A DNA stretch of 63,951 bases, the filler included, from Globobulimina sp. (Eukaryota): NCBI GenBank assembly GCA_003354225.1. It is 6 parts of 6 records of this genome, joined end to end, with 100 filler letters (N's around TTAATTAATTAA, not from the genome) between each part and the next. Parts side by side here need not be neighbours in the genome. Positions count along the whole stretch, not along the records: positions 1 to 10,944 come from PIVH01000018.1; positions 11,045 to 21,978 come from PIVH01000019.1; 4 more parts are not named here. One strand, written 5' to 3'. The notes under the pieces were generated by a model. It did no database searches. It was not told where the DNA came from and saw nothing but the letters and a program-made list of their open reading frames with translations. How positions within the stretch are numbered: the first letter of the stretch is position 1; every line of letters begins with the position of its first letter. The translations under genes and the position numbers were made by a program. Below, piece by piece: positions 9,828 through 19,549 of the stretch.

Positions 9828-10394
9828 TTAACCCCAATACTGCAATGTCCTATTCCTTTGATGCAGCTGCATTTTAATAATATCTCCTTCACTCCAATGC
9901 TGTCCATATGCATCGCCAGAGATTGTGTCTTCAAAACAGTATGTTCTTCCCGATGAGCCATAGCTATAATGCGCATTTTTATCATTATTAGTAAAATCTG
10001 CATTTTTATAATGAAACGGATGATGCGATGAATCAATACCGAGATAGATATTATATCCTCCATCGTGATGCAATATTTTTACAGTCCACGTATATATCTT
10101 ATTATGTTTAGCGCCAAATATTTCTATGGCTCCATATGCCGTATTCCGCTTTATTATTTTCGATGATAAACTTACTGTGTCCATCTTAGTATTGACGGTG
10201 ATGTTAGTTCCATATTCTTTGAAATGTTCCTTGACGAAATAAAATAAAAGACATGTGGTTGTAACCAAGTTTGGAATGTTTTGATACAGCCTATCATCGG
10301 GCAAATAATATCGCAATTCGTTAATGTATCCACTCACTAAATCTATTGTGCGCTGATCCACAAATTCCATGTTTCCCAAAGGAAGATCTGACAT
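9828..10394 (-). pseudogene. SPRY/B30.2-like domain protein, C-terminally truncated at the element end
   Basis: YTWTVKI...IYLGI...SYGSSG...YGQHWSEGDIIKMQL...RTLQYW pattern; stops at WG* exactly where the repeat array region begins. Confidence 0.6.
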
Positions 10395-10449
10395 AATATT
10401 GAAGTTTTTTTGAATAAATGATGATTAAAAAACATAAAGTGTTCGGGTA

Positions 10450-10830
10450 ATGGCGCTTACTATTTGGCATTTGTATGTGATCAGTTGGGTGTTTGTCCAC
10501 ATCGCACCGTTAGTGTATTGGGCATACGTTCACGTTTTATGTTGGCAACACGTCAATGTGAGTACCTATGCATTATATTCGCAAACTATTAAGAAATTGA
10601 TTATACTTCAATCAATTCAATGGATGGAATTGCTCCATACATTAATAAAATTTGTATTGCAATCAGCCAAAAAGATTCATAGTTTGTGTGGTGCCCTTTG
10701 TCAGTTAGAACCAACTAATTTGATTATGCAAGTTTTTCAATTAAGTGCGAGATTTAACACAGTGATGCTTTGTTTAGCATGTCGGTATTTTTTGTTATAC
10801 ATTTTTTGTTTTGCAATAAATACTGATTAA
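10450..10830 (+). CDS. PTPLA/HACD-like 3-hydroxyacyl-CoA dehydratase, partial or degenerate
   Basis: Hydrophobic; LQSIQWMELLHTLIKFV and QVFQLSAR resemble the PTPLA Q...E..H and Q..SR motifs. Confidence 0.4.
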   Translation: MALTIWHLYVISWVFVHIAPLVYWAYVHVLCWQHVNVSTYALYSQTIKKLIILQSIQWMELLHTLIKFVLQSAKKIHSLCGALCQLEPTNLIMQVFQLSARFNTVMLCLACRYFLLYIFCFAINTD

Positions 10831-10944
10831 ATAATGATAACAATCAGATGCATCGCCATGGTTTAATACAAGCGAAGATAAAATATCTGAGGAATTGTAC
10901 AGTAATAAATATTTACAGTTTGGATATATCACTTTATTATTAGT

Positions 10945-11044
10945 NNNNNNNNNNNNNNNNNNNNNNNNNNNNNNNNNNNNNNNNNNNNTTAATTAATTAA
11001 NNNNNNNNNNNNNNNNNNNNNNNNNNNNNNNNNNNNNNNNNNNN
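10945..11044. other. Artificial contig spacer N44-TTAATTAATTAA-N44; also at 21979-22078, 32944-33043, 43251-43350 and 53817-53916
   Basis: Identical 100-nt linker with stops in all six frames, five times. Confidence 0.99.
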
Positions 11045-11224
11045 GTCATGCATTTTTTGAATTTTTTCATTTACTTGAGTAAGATATTTAAGAAAGTAAG
11101 ATTTTTTAGAAAAACTTATACATACAGCTTGTGATGATACCGGACTTTTTAGAGGTAAAATATTCAGTCCTCCATTTTCGATTCCTATCCATCTGTAATG
11201 ATTGATGCTTCCATATTAATATAC

Positions 11225-11245
11225 AGAGGGGGCAACCCCTCTTTT
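11225..11245 (+). terminator. Intrinsic terminator
   Basis: AGAGGGG-GCAA-CCCCTCT stem with a GNRA loop, followed by a short T run. Confidence 0.7.
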
Positions 11246-11249
11246 AATT

Positions 11250-11774
11250 ATGGCAGCAAACTTTATAACGTTATCGGATTTTAAAGGCTATTACTCTATT
11301 GATTATAGTGATAGATCTGAAACTATGCTTAATACTACCCTTGAAGAAAGAGAAAAATATTATTTAGTTAGAGCATTAGGATTAGATTTATACAAATTAT
11401 TAATAGCTGACTTAAGTGGAGGCGTACCTCAATCTCAGAGATTTACTGATTTGGTGGATGGGAAAGAATTTACTGATTATCTTAGCAACAGTACTGAGTG
11501 GCTTGGACTTAAGCAAATGTTAGTTCCATTGTGTTTTTATGATTTGAAAAAGGAGTTAGTCTCCAATTCAACAAAGATGGGATTTCGCAAGCCAGATATT
11601 GATAACGGAACTATTATTTCACTTACTGAAACATATCAGTACATGAATGAGCGATTTAATAATGGTGTATCAATTTGGGTAGGCGATTTTTGGAACTTTA
11701 TGTATTCAAATAAGGATTTATATAGTGAGTGGTTATATACGAGGTTAGGCACAAAACAAGTTATTGATATTTAA
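11250..11774 (+). CDS. Putative phage head-tail adaptor (DUF6712-like)
   Basis: YLVRALGLDLY...GLKQMLV pattern, 174 aa, first gene after the terminator. Confidence 0.5.
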   Translation: MAANFITLSDFKGYYSIDYSDRSETMLNTTLEEREKYYLVRALGLDLYKLLIADLSGGVPQSQRFTDLVDGKEFTDYLSNSTEWLGLKQMLVPLCFYDLKKELVSNSTKMGFRKPDIDNGTIISLTETYQYMNERFNNGVSIWVGDFWNFMYSNKDLYSEWLYTRLGTKQVIDI

Positions 11775-11777
11775 GAT

Positions 11778-12347
11778 ATGAGTAATTACCCAGAAAATCA
11801 AGGTTTAACAGAAAAGGAATCATTTAATATTTATGATTTGTTTGAAGATGTTATTTTACCTGATATTAGATTAAATGTATCTGATATTGCAGTGTGTGCT
11901 GCCAGAGCTGGGTCGCCTTATTTTTATCTAGGTACTCAAAATGAGATAACGAGTGAGCTAAGAGCCATTGCGGAGGCTGGACAACAAAAACTAAGGTTTC
12001 CTATGTTTGCTTTTGAAATAAATGAAACATCAAGAAAAAGAAACATGTTTCCTGATGAGGGTATTTTCTTTGAGCAGCCTCCTGTTATATGGGTGCTGTA
12101 TGAATCTAATCCAAATTTAACAACAGCAAAAAGGCTCGATGAAATATACAAGCCTACTATATACCCATTATACAATAGAATGCTGACATCATTAAGTAAA
12201 TTTAAGGGGTATTATCAATACGAATATGAACTAGAACCTCATGATGTGGAGGACATGTTCAACACTTCAACTCCTGACGATTCTGTCGATGGGATTCAAA
12301 TAACAAATTTAAATTTAAAAATTAGAAAAACATACAATCATGAGTAA
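11778..12347 (+). CDS. Putative phage tail terminator/completion protein
   Basis: 189 aa, directly before the putative tail tube gene; positional call. Confidence 0.45.
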   Translation: MSNYPENQGLTEKESFNIYDLFEDVILPDIRLNVSDIAVCAARAGSPYFYLGTQNEITSELRAIAEAGQQKLRFPMFAFEINETSRKRNMFPDEGIFFEQPPVIWVLYESNPNLTTAKRLDEIYKPTIYPLYNRMLTSLSKFKGYYQYEYELEPHDVEDMFNTSTPDDSVDGIQITNLNLKIRKTYNHE

Positions 12348-13278
12348 TTTTCCAGAACAACAATTTCTTACAGAGGGAAATACTGGAGTCGAAGGAATTG
12401 GAACAGACCAGGGAATTGTAACTGGCTTAGTTCTTACTGACGACCCTCTAGGTATAGCCACTGCAACACTAGCCAAAGTATTAGCTACGTGGACTGAAAA
12501 TTTTCAGGCTGCAAGGGCTTTACGTTGGTACCCTATCGGCGACTTTAATATGTTTGAATCAGATGAGAATACTGACAACATAGAAGAAGGCGACTTGGGT
12601 AATGATGCATACCTTAATACGGTATCAGGTGAAAATAGATTTCACGCGTTTATTGAGCCAGACCAATTAAGTATTGGAGAAGTTTCCGACACAGCGAAAG
12701 TACTTAATTTTGGCAAAAAATATGCATACATCATTTATCAGTCAGGAATGATAAAAGGCTGGTCTGATGATGGTACTTATTTTAAACCATTCCCATTAGG
12801 TTATGCGCGTATGACTTTTGACAGTCAACCAACTAAAGATAAAACGCAGCACGGAATAGTAAGATGGAAACTAAAAGACTCAAACCTTGAGTTATACAAT
12901 TCAGTGCCGATTTATCCAAAGCCGACTTTTGATCCAAATATCGACTTCAAAGGGTTGATTAATACTAATATTGTAGCGACTGCAACAGCTCCAACGGTAA
13001 CAACTGTTGAAGTTGATGTTACTACTGATAACTCAAATACTGGTGTTTCTGGATTGGCAGCTGATGGCTCTGATTTTGTAATAACTGTTGATTTAGACAG
13101 TTCAGAGGTAACTCCATCTGGAGCAGTTGAGGACGCTAATGTATCTGGTAGATACGTATTAACATTTGCCACCCAAATAGCAGGAGGATATACCGCCTCA
13201 TTTGTTGCATCCAGCGCAATGACAACAGAAGGATATGAGCAAATAAGTGCAGCAGCCTCATTTACAATCCCAGCATAA
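12340..13278 (+). CDS. Putative major tail (tube) protein with C-terminal Ig-like extension
   Basis: 312 aa, acidic and T/G/A-rich, beta-rich C-terminus; position in the module. Confidence 0.6.
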   Translation: MSNFPEQQFLTEGNTGVEGIGTDQGIVTGLVLTDDPLGIATATLAKVLATWTENFQAARALRWYPIGDFNMFESDENTDNIEEGDLGNDAYLNTVSGENRFHAFIEPDQLSIGEVSDTAKVLNFGKKYAYIIYQSGMIKGWSDDGTYFKPFPLGYARMTFDSQPTKDKTQHGIVRWKLKDSNLELYNSVPIYPKPTFDPNIDFKGLINTNIVATATAPTVTTVEVDVTTDNSNTGVSGLAADGSDFVITVDLDSSEVTPSGAVEDANVSGRYVLTFATQIAGGYTASFVASSAMTTEGYEQISAAASFTIPA

Positions 13279-13532
13279 TGGAAGAAAAAAAAACAGTAAA
13301 GAAGGATAAAAAGGAGGTTGCTTTTAATGGCAGCCCCCTTTATGATAAGCTATTGAAATCATTAAAAACAGGCTTATTAAACGAAACTATCGCTAGGCTT
13401 TCAGATAATCCAAAGTTATCAAAAACAGAAAAAGAAAGCTTAATTTCTAACTGCCAAAGATACATGAGAGGTAAGCAAAGTTATGTCTTAGTTAACTACC
13501 GTAAAGTTGAGCAGTTGTTGAAAGGGTTGTAA
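13278..13532 (+). CDS. Phage hypothetical protein, 84 aa
   Basis: TAATG overlaps on both sides. Confidence 0.6.
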   Translation: MEEKKTVKKDKKEVAFNGSPLYDKLLKSLKTGLLNETIARLSDNPKLSKTEKESLISNCQRYMRGKQSYVLVNYRKVEQLLKGL

Positions 13533-13999
13533 TGACAATCCAAGAGCTACATAAAAAAACAAAACCTGCTAGGATAAGCAAAGAGGTAAAAAAAATTCTT
13601 AGCAGGTTATTGAAATCAAAAAACATTAAAGAATTAGCAGCTGATTTGAACCGAATTAGATTAGATGAAACTGGAAAAGATATTGACGGGCAGAGTATGA
13701 GAACATTTAACGCAAGAGGCTCGGATTCGTATTCAGATAATACGATAAACATTAAGGCAGGCAAAGGGCAAACAACAGATCATTTTACAGCAAAAGACAC
13801 AGGTAAGCTTCATGATAGTTTTAGAGGTGTTAATAGTGGGAATGGGATAAAGGTTACTGCCAACAATAAAAGAATGTCATTGCTTAGCGAGAATATTAAT
13901 ACCGATAGAATGTTAGGATTCTCTAATGAAGACATCTTGTTTTTAAAGGAGGAATTGCGACCAGAAGTATTTAAAGCGTTAAAAATTTATCTACAATGA
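13532..13999 (+). CDS. Putative phage neck/virion morphogenesis protein
   Basis: Basic; G.D.DG...YS..T...K..KGQ..DHFT.KDTG.LHDSF pattern typical of such proteins. Confidence 0.55.
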   Translation: MTIQELHKKTKPARISKEVKKILSRLLKSKNIKELAADLNRIRLDETGKDIDGQSMRTFNARGSDSYSDNTINIKAGKGQTTDHFTAKDTGKLHDSFRGVNSGNGIKVTANNKRMSLLSENINTDRMLGFSNEDILFLKEELRPEVFKALKIYLQ

Positions 14000-14502
14000 A
14001 TTATTACACCAGTCTTCGAGAATTGCCAATTAAAAACTACATCGAGATACTAAACACTGGTAATCTCGCTTGGCTTTTTAAATTCAAAGAGAATGGAGTA
14101 GATACGAAAAGAACTGTAAATGAAATACCAAAAGAATATCCTGATGAGTTTAATGAAGTTTGGGAAGAGATAAATTACCAGCACGATGTAATTGAGCTTG
14201 ATAAAAACACAATTGATTGCCTTAAAGCATTAGGTCTTAGAGATTTATACATACACACAGACAAAAGCGTTTATTTAACTAGAGCGAGGGAGTTAGAAAA
14301 AAGAATTGAAAACAGGATAAAAAACAGCAAGAAAGAAAAGATAAGCTTAGGTGATTTAGTAACAGATATAGAAGTTTATTTCAAAGAAGAAATTGACGAA
14401 TATACATATAGCTCACAGCGTTTTTTCAGGAGATTAAGAAAGGTTAAAAATGACAAAACTAAACAAAATGGAGTTATTGGGAAATCCGAAGCTAGAAAGT
14501 GA
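13996..14502 (+). CDS. Putative tail assembly chaperone
   Basis: YYTSLRELPI N-terminus; lies upstream of the tape measure gene. Confidence 0.4.
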   Translation: MNYYTSLRELPIKNYIEILNTGNLAWLFKFKENGVDTKRTVNEIPKEYPDEFNEVWEEINYQHDVIELDKNTIDCLKALGLRDLYIHTDKSVYLTRARELEKRIENRIKNSKKEKISLGDLVTDIEVYFKEEIDEYTYSSQRFFRRLRKVKNDKTKQNGVIGKSEARK

Positions 14503-15031
14503 TAAGCTAGATTTTGAATTTACAACAGAACTTAAAGGATATAATTTATTTTTTGCTGAAATAAATGAGGGTAAGGATAAATTTATAGTAGATTTTAATC
14601 CTTCCTTCAAGCAAGAAAGAAGAAATTTCGATACAATAAGATTGGCTAAAAATCATATTGATAAGTACTTTAAATTAGTATCAAAAGGCATCGATTTAAT
14701 CGAGAATCAAGAGGATGATATACGAAAAGAATCAGAGCCTATTGTCCTTGCATTCAAAGAAGCGAGAATAAGAGCAGAAAAAGAGAATAGAAAGATTTAT
14801 GTAATAATAGATATAGACGATATTCATGTGTGTAGTTATGAGGAGCTTAATAAATATATAAAGCTAATAAATATTGGAGTTACAGAAATAATTCACATTG
14901 CACACAATTATTATAACCTTAAAATACAACAAATTAAAAAATCAAATCCAAGCGAAGGAAAAAAGCTTGGTATTATAAGTAAAGTATTTAAGCGCATTAA
15001 TCAGATGTTAGTATGGCGGGAGAAGAATTAA
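14450..15031 (+). CDS. Phage hypothetical protein, 193 aa
   Basis: Overlaps both neighbours. Confidence 0.55.
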   Translation: MTKLNKMELLGNPKLESDKLDFEFTTELKGYNLFFAEINEGKDKFIVDFNPSFKQERRNFDTIRLAKNHIDKYFKLVSKGIDLIENQEDDIRKESEPIVLAFKEARIRAEKENRKIYVIIDIDDIHVCSYEELNKYIKLINIGVTEIIHIAHNYYNLKIQQIKKSNPSEGKKLGIISKVFKRINQMLVWREKN

Positions 15032-17661
15032 ATATTGATGACTTTTTTAATGGTCAAACAAAGAATTTAAAAGCTGTAAATGAGCAGCTAGGGCTCGTTG
15101 TCAAGCAGCTTTCTGAGTTGAAGAAATTAAGCAGTAAGACGGCTGAGTCTACTAATAAATTTGCAAATTCATTAGTAGTTACTGGCAATGAGATGAAGAA
15201 AGTAAATGCAACGGTTAATGAGCACTCCAAGATAATAAGCACGATAGAGACGCAACGAAAAGAAGAAAGGAGATTGCTTCAAGCCATCGCAAAAGAAGAA
15301 GTAAAAAGAAGTAGTTCAATAGAAAAATTAAATAAAAAATTAGAAGAAAATAAAATACGAAATAAGCGTGCGAATGATGAGATGAAGCGAGCTGCCAAAA
15401 TAAACGCCACTGCTGCTGGTAGTTATGATAGACTGCAAGCTGAATTAAGCGATAATATTGCAAAATACAAACAACTTACAGCCGCCGAAAGAGCTAATAT
15501 AGCTGTTGGTGGAAAGATGGTAGGTAATATTAAGAGACAGCAAGGTGCATTAAAAAGCATGGATGCTACTCTTGGGAACCACCAAAGGAATGTAGGTAAT
15601 TATAGAAGTGCTTTAGGTGGCGTTGGATCAAGTCTAAAGACTTTGGCGGGTGCTTATTTGGGTTTTGCAGGGATAAGACAATTTGGACGCTTCTTGTCAT
15701 CTAGTTTAGAAGCTTATGACAAACAGGTAACAAGTGTAAGACAGTTAACTGCTGCATTGGGTGACAATGAAGATGCAAGTAAAAGGATTCAGGTTTTAGC
15801 GGCTGAGCTACAAGGTAAAACGATATACGGAGACGAAGACACTATAACAGCAGCTAGGCAGCTTGCAGCGGCTGGTCTTCAAAACGAAAGGCAAATGAAA
15901 GCCTTGTTGCCATTAATTCAAGATATAGCAGCACTCGAAGGTATAAACTTAACCAAGGCAACCAAGAAGGTAACTACAGCTATCGCAACAGGTTCAACAA
16001 CGTTAGAAAAATACGGAGTTGAATTGAGTTCTACTGCTAGTTTGACAGAGAACGCAGATAAAGCTATCCAAGGCTTAACTGAATCAGTTGGCGGACAAGC
16101 CGAGGTTTTAGCTAGTGCTGGAACAGGTGAACTAAAACAATTCTCTAATACGTGGGGAGATTTTAAGGAATCCGTAGGAGGTGCGTTGAATGAAGTATTA
16201 AAAGCTTCTGGAATTATAGAGCAGACAAATGATAGTTTATCTGCAATGAACTCAATGCTATCAAATGACAGTATTCCTGCATGGGATAAGTTTTTCAGTG
16301 TGTTTAATGCTGGTATACTAGCCACAACATTAGCTAATGATAAATTAATAAGGTCGCAAGATCAGCAAATGCAAAAATTAAAAGAGCTTACTACTGATGT
16401 TTTAGTAAAAACAAATGATGAGGTAGAGGCATTTAATGCAGCGTTAGGTGTAACCGCAGATAAGATAGGCGAAACTGTTTTGGTTGGTGATAAAATGGTG
16501 GTATTTACAGCTGAGATGGCTAAAAATATAGCATTCGCAACTGTTGATGAGGCTAAGTTTAATTTAGCGCTAAAAGAAGTTAGCAATTCACTAGAAGAGA
16601 ACACTAAGAAAACAGAAACTAACACCAATAAATTAAAAGAAAGAAACGAGGAGCTATTAAGGGGAGTGTCTATCACAAAGACGATAGAACAACAGAACGA
16701 AGAGCAAAAGAAAGAGGCGCTAGCATTAAGAGATGCTATATTTGAGACCACTGACGCAACTAAAAATTTAACAACTGAATTAGACAACGTAAGTAAAGTT
16801 GATGTAAGTGGATCAGGTGAAGGGTCTGAAATGTCAATGTTTGAGCAAATAACCGGAGTAACCGATTCAGAAGAATTTAAAACAACCCTAAATGACACCC
16901 TTGGAGCTGCCATTAATTTTATAGAAACGATTGCAGCCGAAAGAACGAGAGCAGCAGAGGAGGAAGTTCAGCAAAGGGAGACTAATATACAAAGCCTTGA
17001 AAAAGAAATTGAATCAGCAGAAGCTAATAATGAGAAAAGAACTAGTCAAGGATTAGCTACATCAAATAAACTTATTGAGCAAAAGAAAAAGGAATTGTCT
17101 GCTGAAAAGCGAGCATTAGCAGAGGCAGAAAAGGAGCGAAAGAAAGCCGCAAGAAGCGAACAGCTAATACAAATTGGTCAGGCAATAGGAAATACTGCAT
17201 TAGGCGTAACCAAAGCTCTTACATTACCATTCCCGTTATCAGCTGTTATAGCTGCATTAATTGCCACTCAAGGATTGCTTCAGGTAGCCACAATTAAAAG
17301 GCAGAAATTTAGAAAAGGTGGACAATGGGTTGAGGATGGAAATCTACATTCAGAAGGTGGTAATGCTCACGGAAATAAAGAGTTTGAAAGAGGAGAGCAA
17401 GTCACAGTATTGAGCCGTAAAAACACGAGGAAGTATGGTGGGTTTATGAATAATATTGAGAGTTCAATAAGAAAAGGAACATTAGAAAGAGATTTTTCAA
17501 GTGGTACAATAATTAATGCATTTGACACATCTTCTCTTGAAAATGAAGTCAAGGGGTTAAGAAAAGACAATCGTAAGTTATTAAAACACTTGGAACAAAA
17601 GCCAATAAGCGAAACCAAGGACAAGAAAATATATATAGACAAAACTATTTATTACAACTAA
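15013..17661 (+). CDS. Tail tape measure protein
   Basis: 882 aa, Ala/Lys-rich helical coiled coil; GNHQRNVGNY motif; hydrophobic segment followed by KFRKGG...HSEGG near the C-terminus. Confidence 0.85.
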   Translation: MAGEELNIDDFFNGQTKNLKAVNEQLGLVVKQLSELKKLSSKTAESTNKFANSLVVTGNEMKKVNATVNEHSKIISTIETQRKEERRLLQAIAKEEVKRSSSIEKLNKKLEENKIRNKRANDEMKRAAKINATAAGSYDRLQAELSDNIAKYKQLTAAERANIAVGGKMVGNIKRQQGALKSMDATLGNHQRNVGNYRSALGGVGSSLKTLAGAYLGFAGIRQFGRFLSSSLEAYDKQVTSVRQLTAALGDNEDASKRIQVLAAELQGKTIYGDEDTITAARQLAAAGLQNERQMKALLPLIQDIAALEGINLTKATKKVTTAIATGSTTLEKYGVELSSTASLTENADKAIQGLTESVGGQAEVLASAGTGELKQFSNTWGDFKESVGGALNEVLKASGIIEQTNDSLSAMNSMLSNDSIPAWDKFFSVFNAGILATTLANDKLIRSQDQQMQKLKELTTDVLVKTNDEVEAFNAALGVTADKIGETVLVGDKMVVFTAEMAKNIAFATVDEAKFNLALKEVSNSLEENTKKTETNTNKLKERNEELLRGVSITKTIEQQNEEQKKEALALRDAIFETTDATKNLTTELDNVSKVDVSGSGEGSEMSMFEQITGVTDSEEFKTTLNDTLGAAINFIETIAAERTRAAEEEVQQRETNIQSLEKEIESAEANNEKRTSQGLATSNKLIEQKKKELSAEKRALAEAEKERKKAARSEQLIQIGQAIGNTALGVTKALTLPFPLSAVIAALIATQGLLQVATIKRQKFRKGGQWVEDGNLHSEGGNAHGNKEFERGEQVTVLSRKNTRKYGGFMNNIESSIRKGTLERDFSSGTIINAFDTSSLENEVKGLRKDNRKLLKHLEQKPISETKDKKIYIDKTIYYN

Positions 17662-17662
17662 A

Positions 17663-19549
17663 ATGCTAATACAGATAAATAACGAATATATTTCTAAGAA
17701 AGCAAATTATACTAAAACTAAATTTTTGGTTAAGTATGATGAAAAGCAGCGTTACTTTAGATATGAAATTATAGGAGATATACAATTTATCGAGGAGGAT
17801 TTTACTTATATTAGCGGACTAACTGGAGAAAGTGTCGAATCTGTTTTTAATTATGCAGGCAAAGACACTGATTTTCCAACCTTATCAGGAAAGTTGGACA
17901 TAGGAAGCCCAGTGTTTGATCCATTCAATCAAATGGTTTCGTTAAAATTTGTCACAAACGATGCGTATTCAATTATAGATTTAGTCAAAGATGTTGAAAT
18001 TAATTTAATAGATGTTTATGAATTAGAGTTTTTTAAGATAGAAAATTTTTTTGGAGACTCAGTTGACTATTTATTCCCTTGTCAAAATACAGCTTTCTTA
18101 TTAAATTCATTTCTTCAATCGATAACTGGAAAGACAGTCGAAACTGTTAATATCAACTTTGGCGATTATGGATGGCTACTGATTACAGCAATGACAAATA
18201 TGATTCTTAATGATGACAAAACTCAGAAGGAGATTTTTGGAACGACACTCAATATTACATGGGATAAGTTGACGCAATATTTAAAAGATAGGTTTGATAT
18301 TGTCTGGAATACCACTTATAATGAAAGCGAAGACAAAATATATTTAACTGCAATACAAAGAAAATGGGTTATTGAGAACGACATGGTATTTACAACGCAA
18401 AATAAGTTCGTGCCTCAAAAATATCAATCTGATAATTCAAAGCTTAAATCAGTAATAAAAAGAATTCAATCAGATAAAGGTAATGAAAGAGATTATGTTG
18501 GGTATGACATAACTATTCCTAATGTAATAACACCCAATGTAGACGAGTTAGAAACATCTAACTTTTATAGCAATATAGAGGATATCTTAAATAATCCAGG
18601 CGATTATCCAGATAGCATCTCAGATTATTTGATAATGTCATTAAACAGCCAAACAAGCGCAGTAAACGACTTGGCTGTAAATAACTTTGATTCAGGATGG
18701 CTAGATGTTGATGGTAATGAAATATCTGCTCCAAGTAGTTTGTCTTTATCTAGAACTGGGTTTTCTTTTCAAGCAGCAGAATCTAGTAAATATGCACTTG
18801 GGGAAATAAGGTCAGATCTTATTACTCCGTCCGCTGAAAATTCTTACTCAATAATATTTAAATATTTACAAGGATTTTCTTTTGGGTATGATTTGCCGCC
18901 AGGAACTACATTTGTTGAGTACAATGTTCTGCCTACTGTATATTATTATATATACAACTCATCGAATGCTCCATTGGCTGATATGGATTTATTTTCTACA
19001 TCAGGATTCGAAGAAGTTATTGCTAAAAATACATATAAAGCAAAAGAAAGTATATCTGAATTATTTGACGCAAGCATTTATATTAGGACAGATCAGCCAT
19101 TTAAGTTAGGGTTTCGTGTCTACGGCGGACAGATTAAATGGCAGACATTATTAGGTGGTGTAGGTTTTGTGAATGGATATTTTTATGGACTCGCAAATAC
19201 CCAAAATGTTTCTATAAATCAAAATGCCTTTTACAATGTGAACCCTTTAGAAAATTCTGTAACTGGCAATAGTATTCTTAATCTAAAGAACTCGCTAACG
19301 TATGTTGATGAAATTAATAAAAATTACTCATTATATCCATTATCTACGGCTGTTATCAATAAAGTTTCTGAATCTGGATTAAATGTCGAGAAAAGGAAAG
19401 GGGTTGAGTTTGATATTGATGAGTTTGATTTGAATGAGGTTGAAAATTACCAAACTATACCGACCAAGGAAGGGGTTATTGAGGTTGATGAAATAATTCA
19501 GGATATTCCTGCATTTGGAAGAAAAGCTAAAATAAAAGGACGTTACTAA
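17663..19549 (+). CDS. Putative tail tip/baseplate protein, 628 aa
   Basis: Follows the tape measure gene; aromatic and Asn-rich. Confidence 0.5.
   Translation: MLIQINNEYISKKANYTKTKFLVKYDEKQRYFRYEIIGDIQFIEEDFTYISGLTGESVESVFNYAGKDTDFPTLSGKLDIGSPVFDPFNQMVSLKFVTNDAYSIIDLVKDVEINLIDVYELEFFKIENFFGDSVDYLFPCQNTAFLLNSFLQSITGKTVETVNINFGDYGWLLITAMTNMILNDDKTQKEIFGTTLNITWDKLTQYLKDRFDIVWNTTYNESEDKIYLTAIQRKWVIENDMVFTTQNKFVPQKYQSDNSKLKSVIKRIQSDKGNERDYVGYDITIPNVITPNVDELETSNFYSNIEDILNNPGDYPDSISDYLIMSLNSQTSAVNDLAVNNFDSGWLDVDGNEISAPSSLSLSRTGFSFQAAESSKYALGEIRSDLITPSAENSYSIIFKYLQGFSFGYDLPPGTTFVEYNVLPTVYYYIYNSSNAPLADMDLFSTSGFEEVIAKNTYKAKESISELFDASIYIRTDQPFKLGFRVYGGQIKWQTLLGGVGFVNGYFYGLANTQNVSINQNAFYNVNPLENSVTGNSILNLKNSLTYVDEINKNYSLYPLSTAVINKVSESGLNVEKRKGVEFDIDEFDLNEVENYQTIPTKEGVIEVDEIIQDIPAFGRKAKIKGRY

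Larger units (their letters stand above)
1..9835 (-). mobile_element. Putative large Mutator/MULE-family DNA transposon with accessory genes; left end lies outside the window
   Basis: MULE DDE transposase at 6191-9145. Repeat-rich terminus at 9480-9835 abuts a truncated host gene. Compact AT-rich ORFs to the left share intergenic repeats. The extent is inferred because no second TIR or TSD is visible. Confidence 0.55.

Noticed and set aside
10945-11044. TTAATTAATTAA palindromes within N runs as biological sites, and gene linkage across them
   Set aside because: They are identical synthetic linkers; adjacency of phage, MULE, DIRS and LINE contigs carries no biological meaning.
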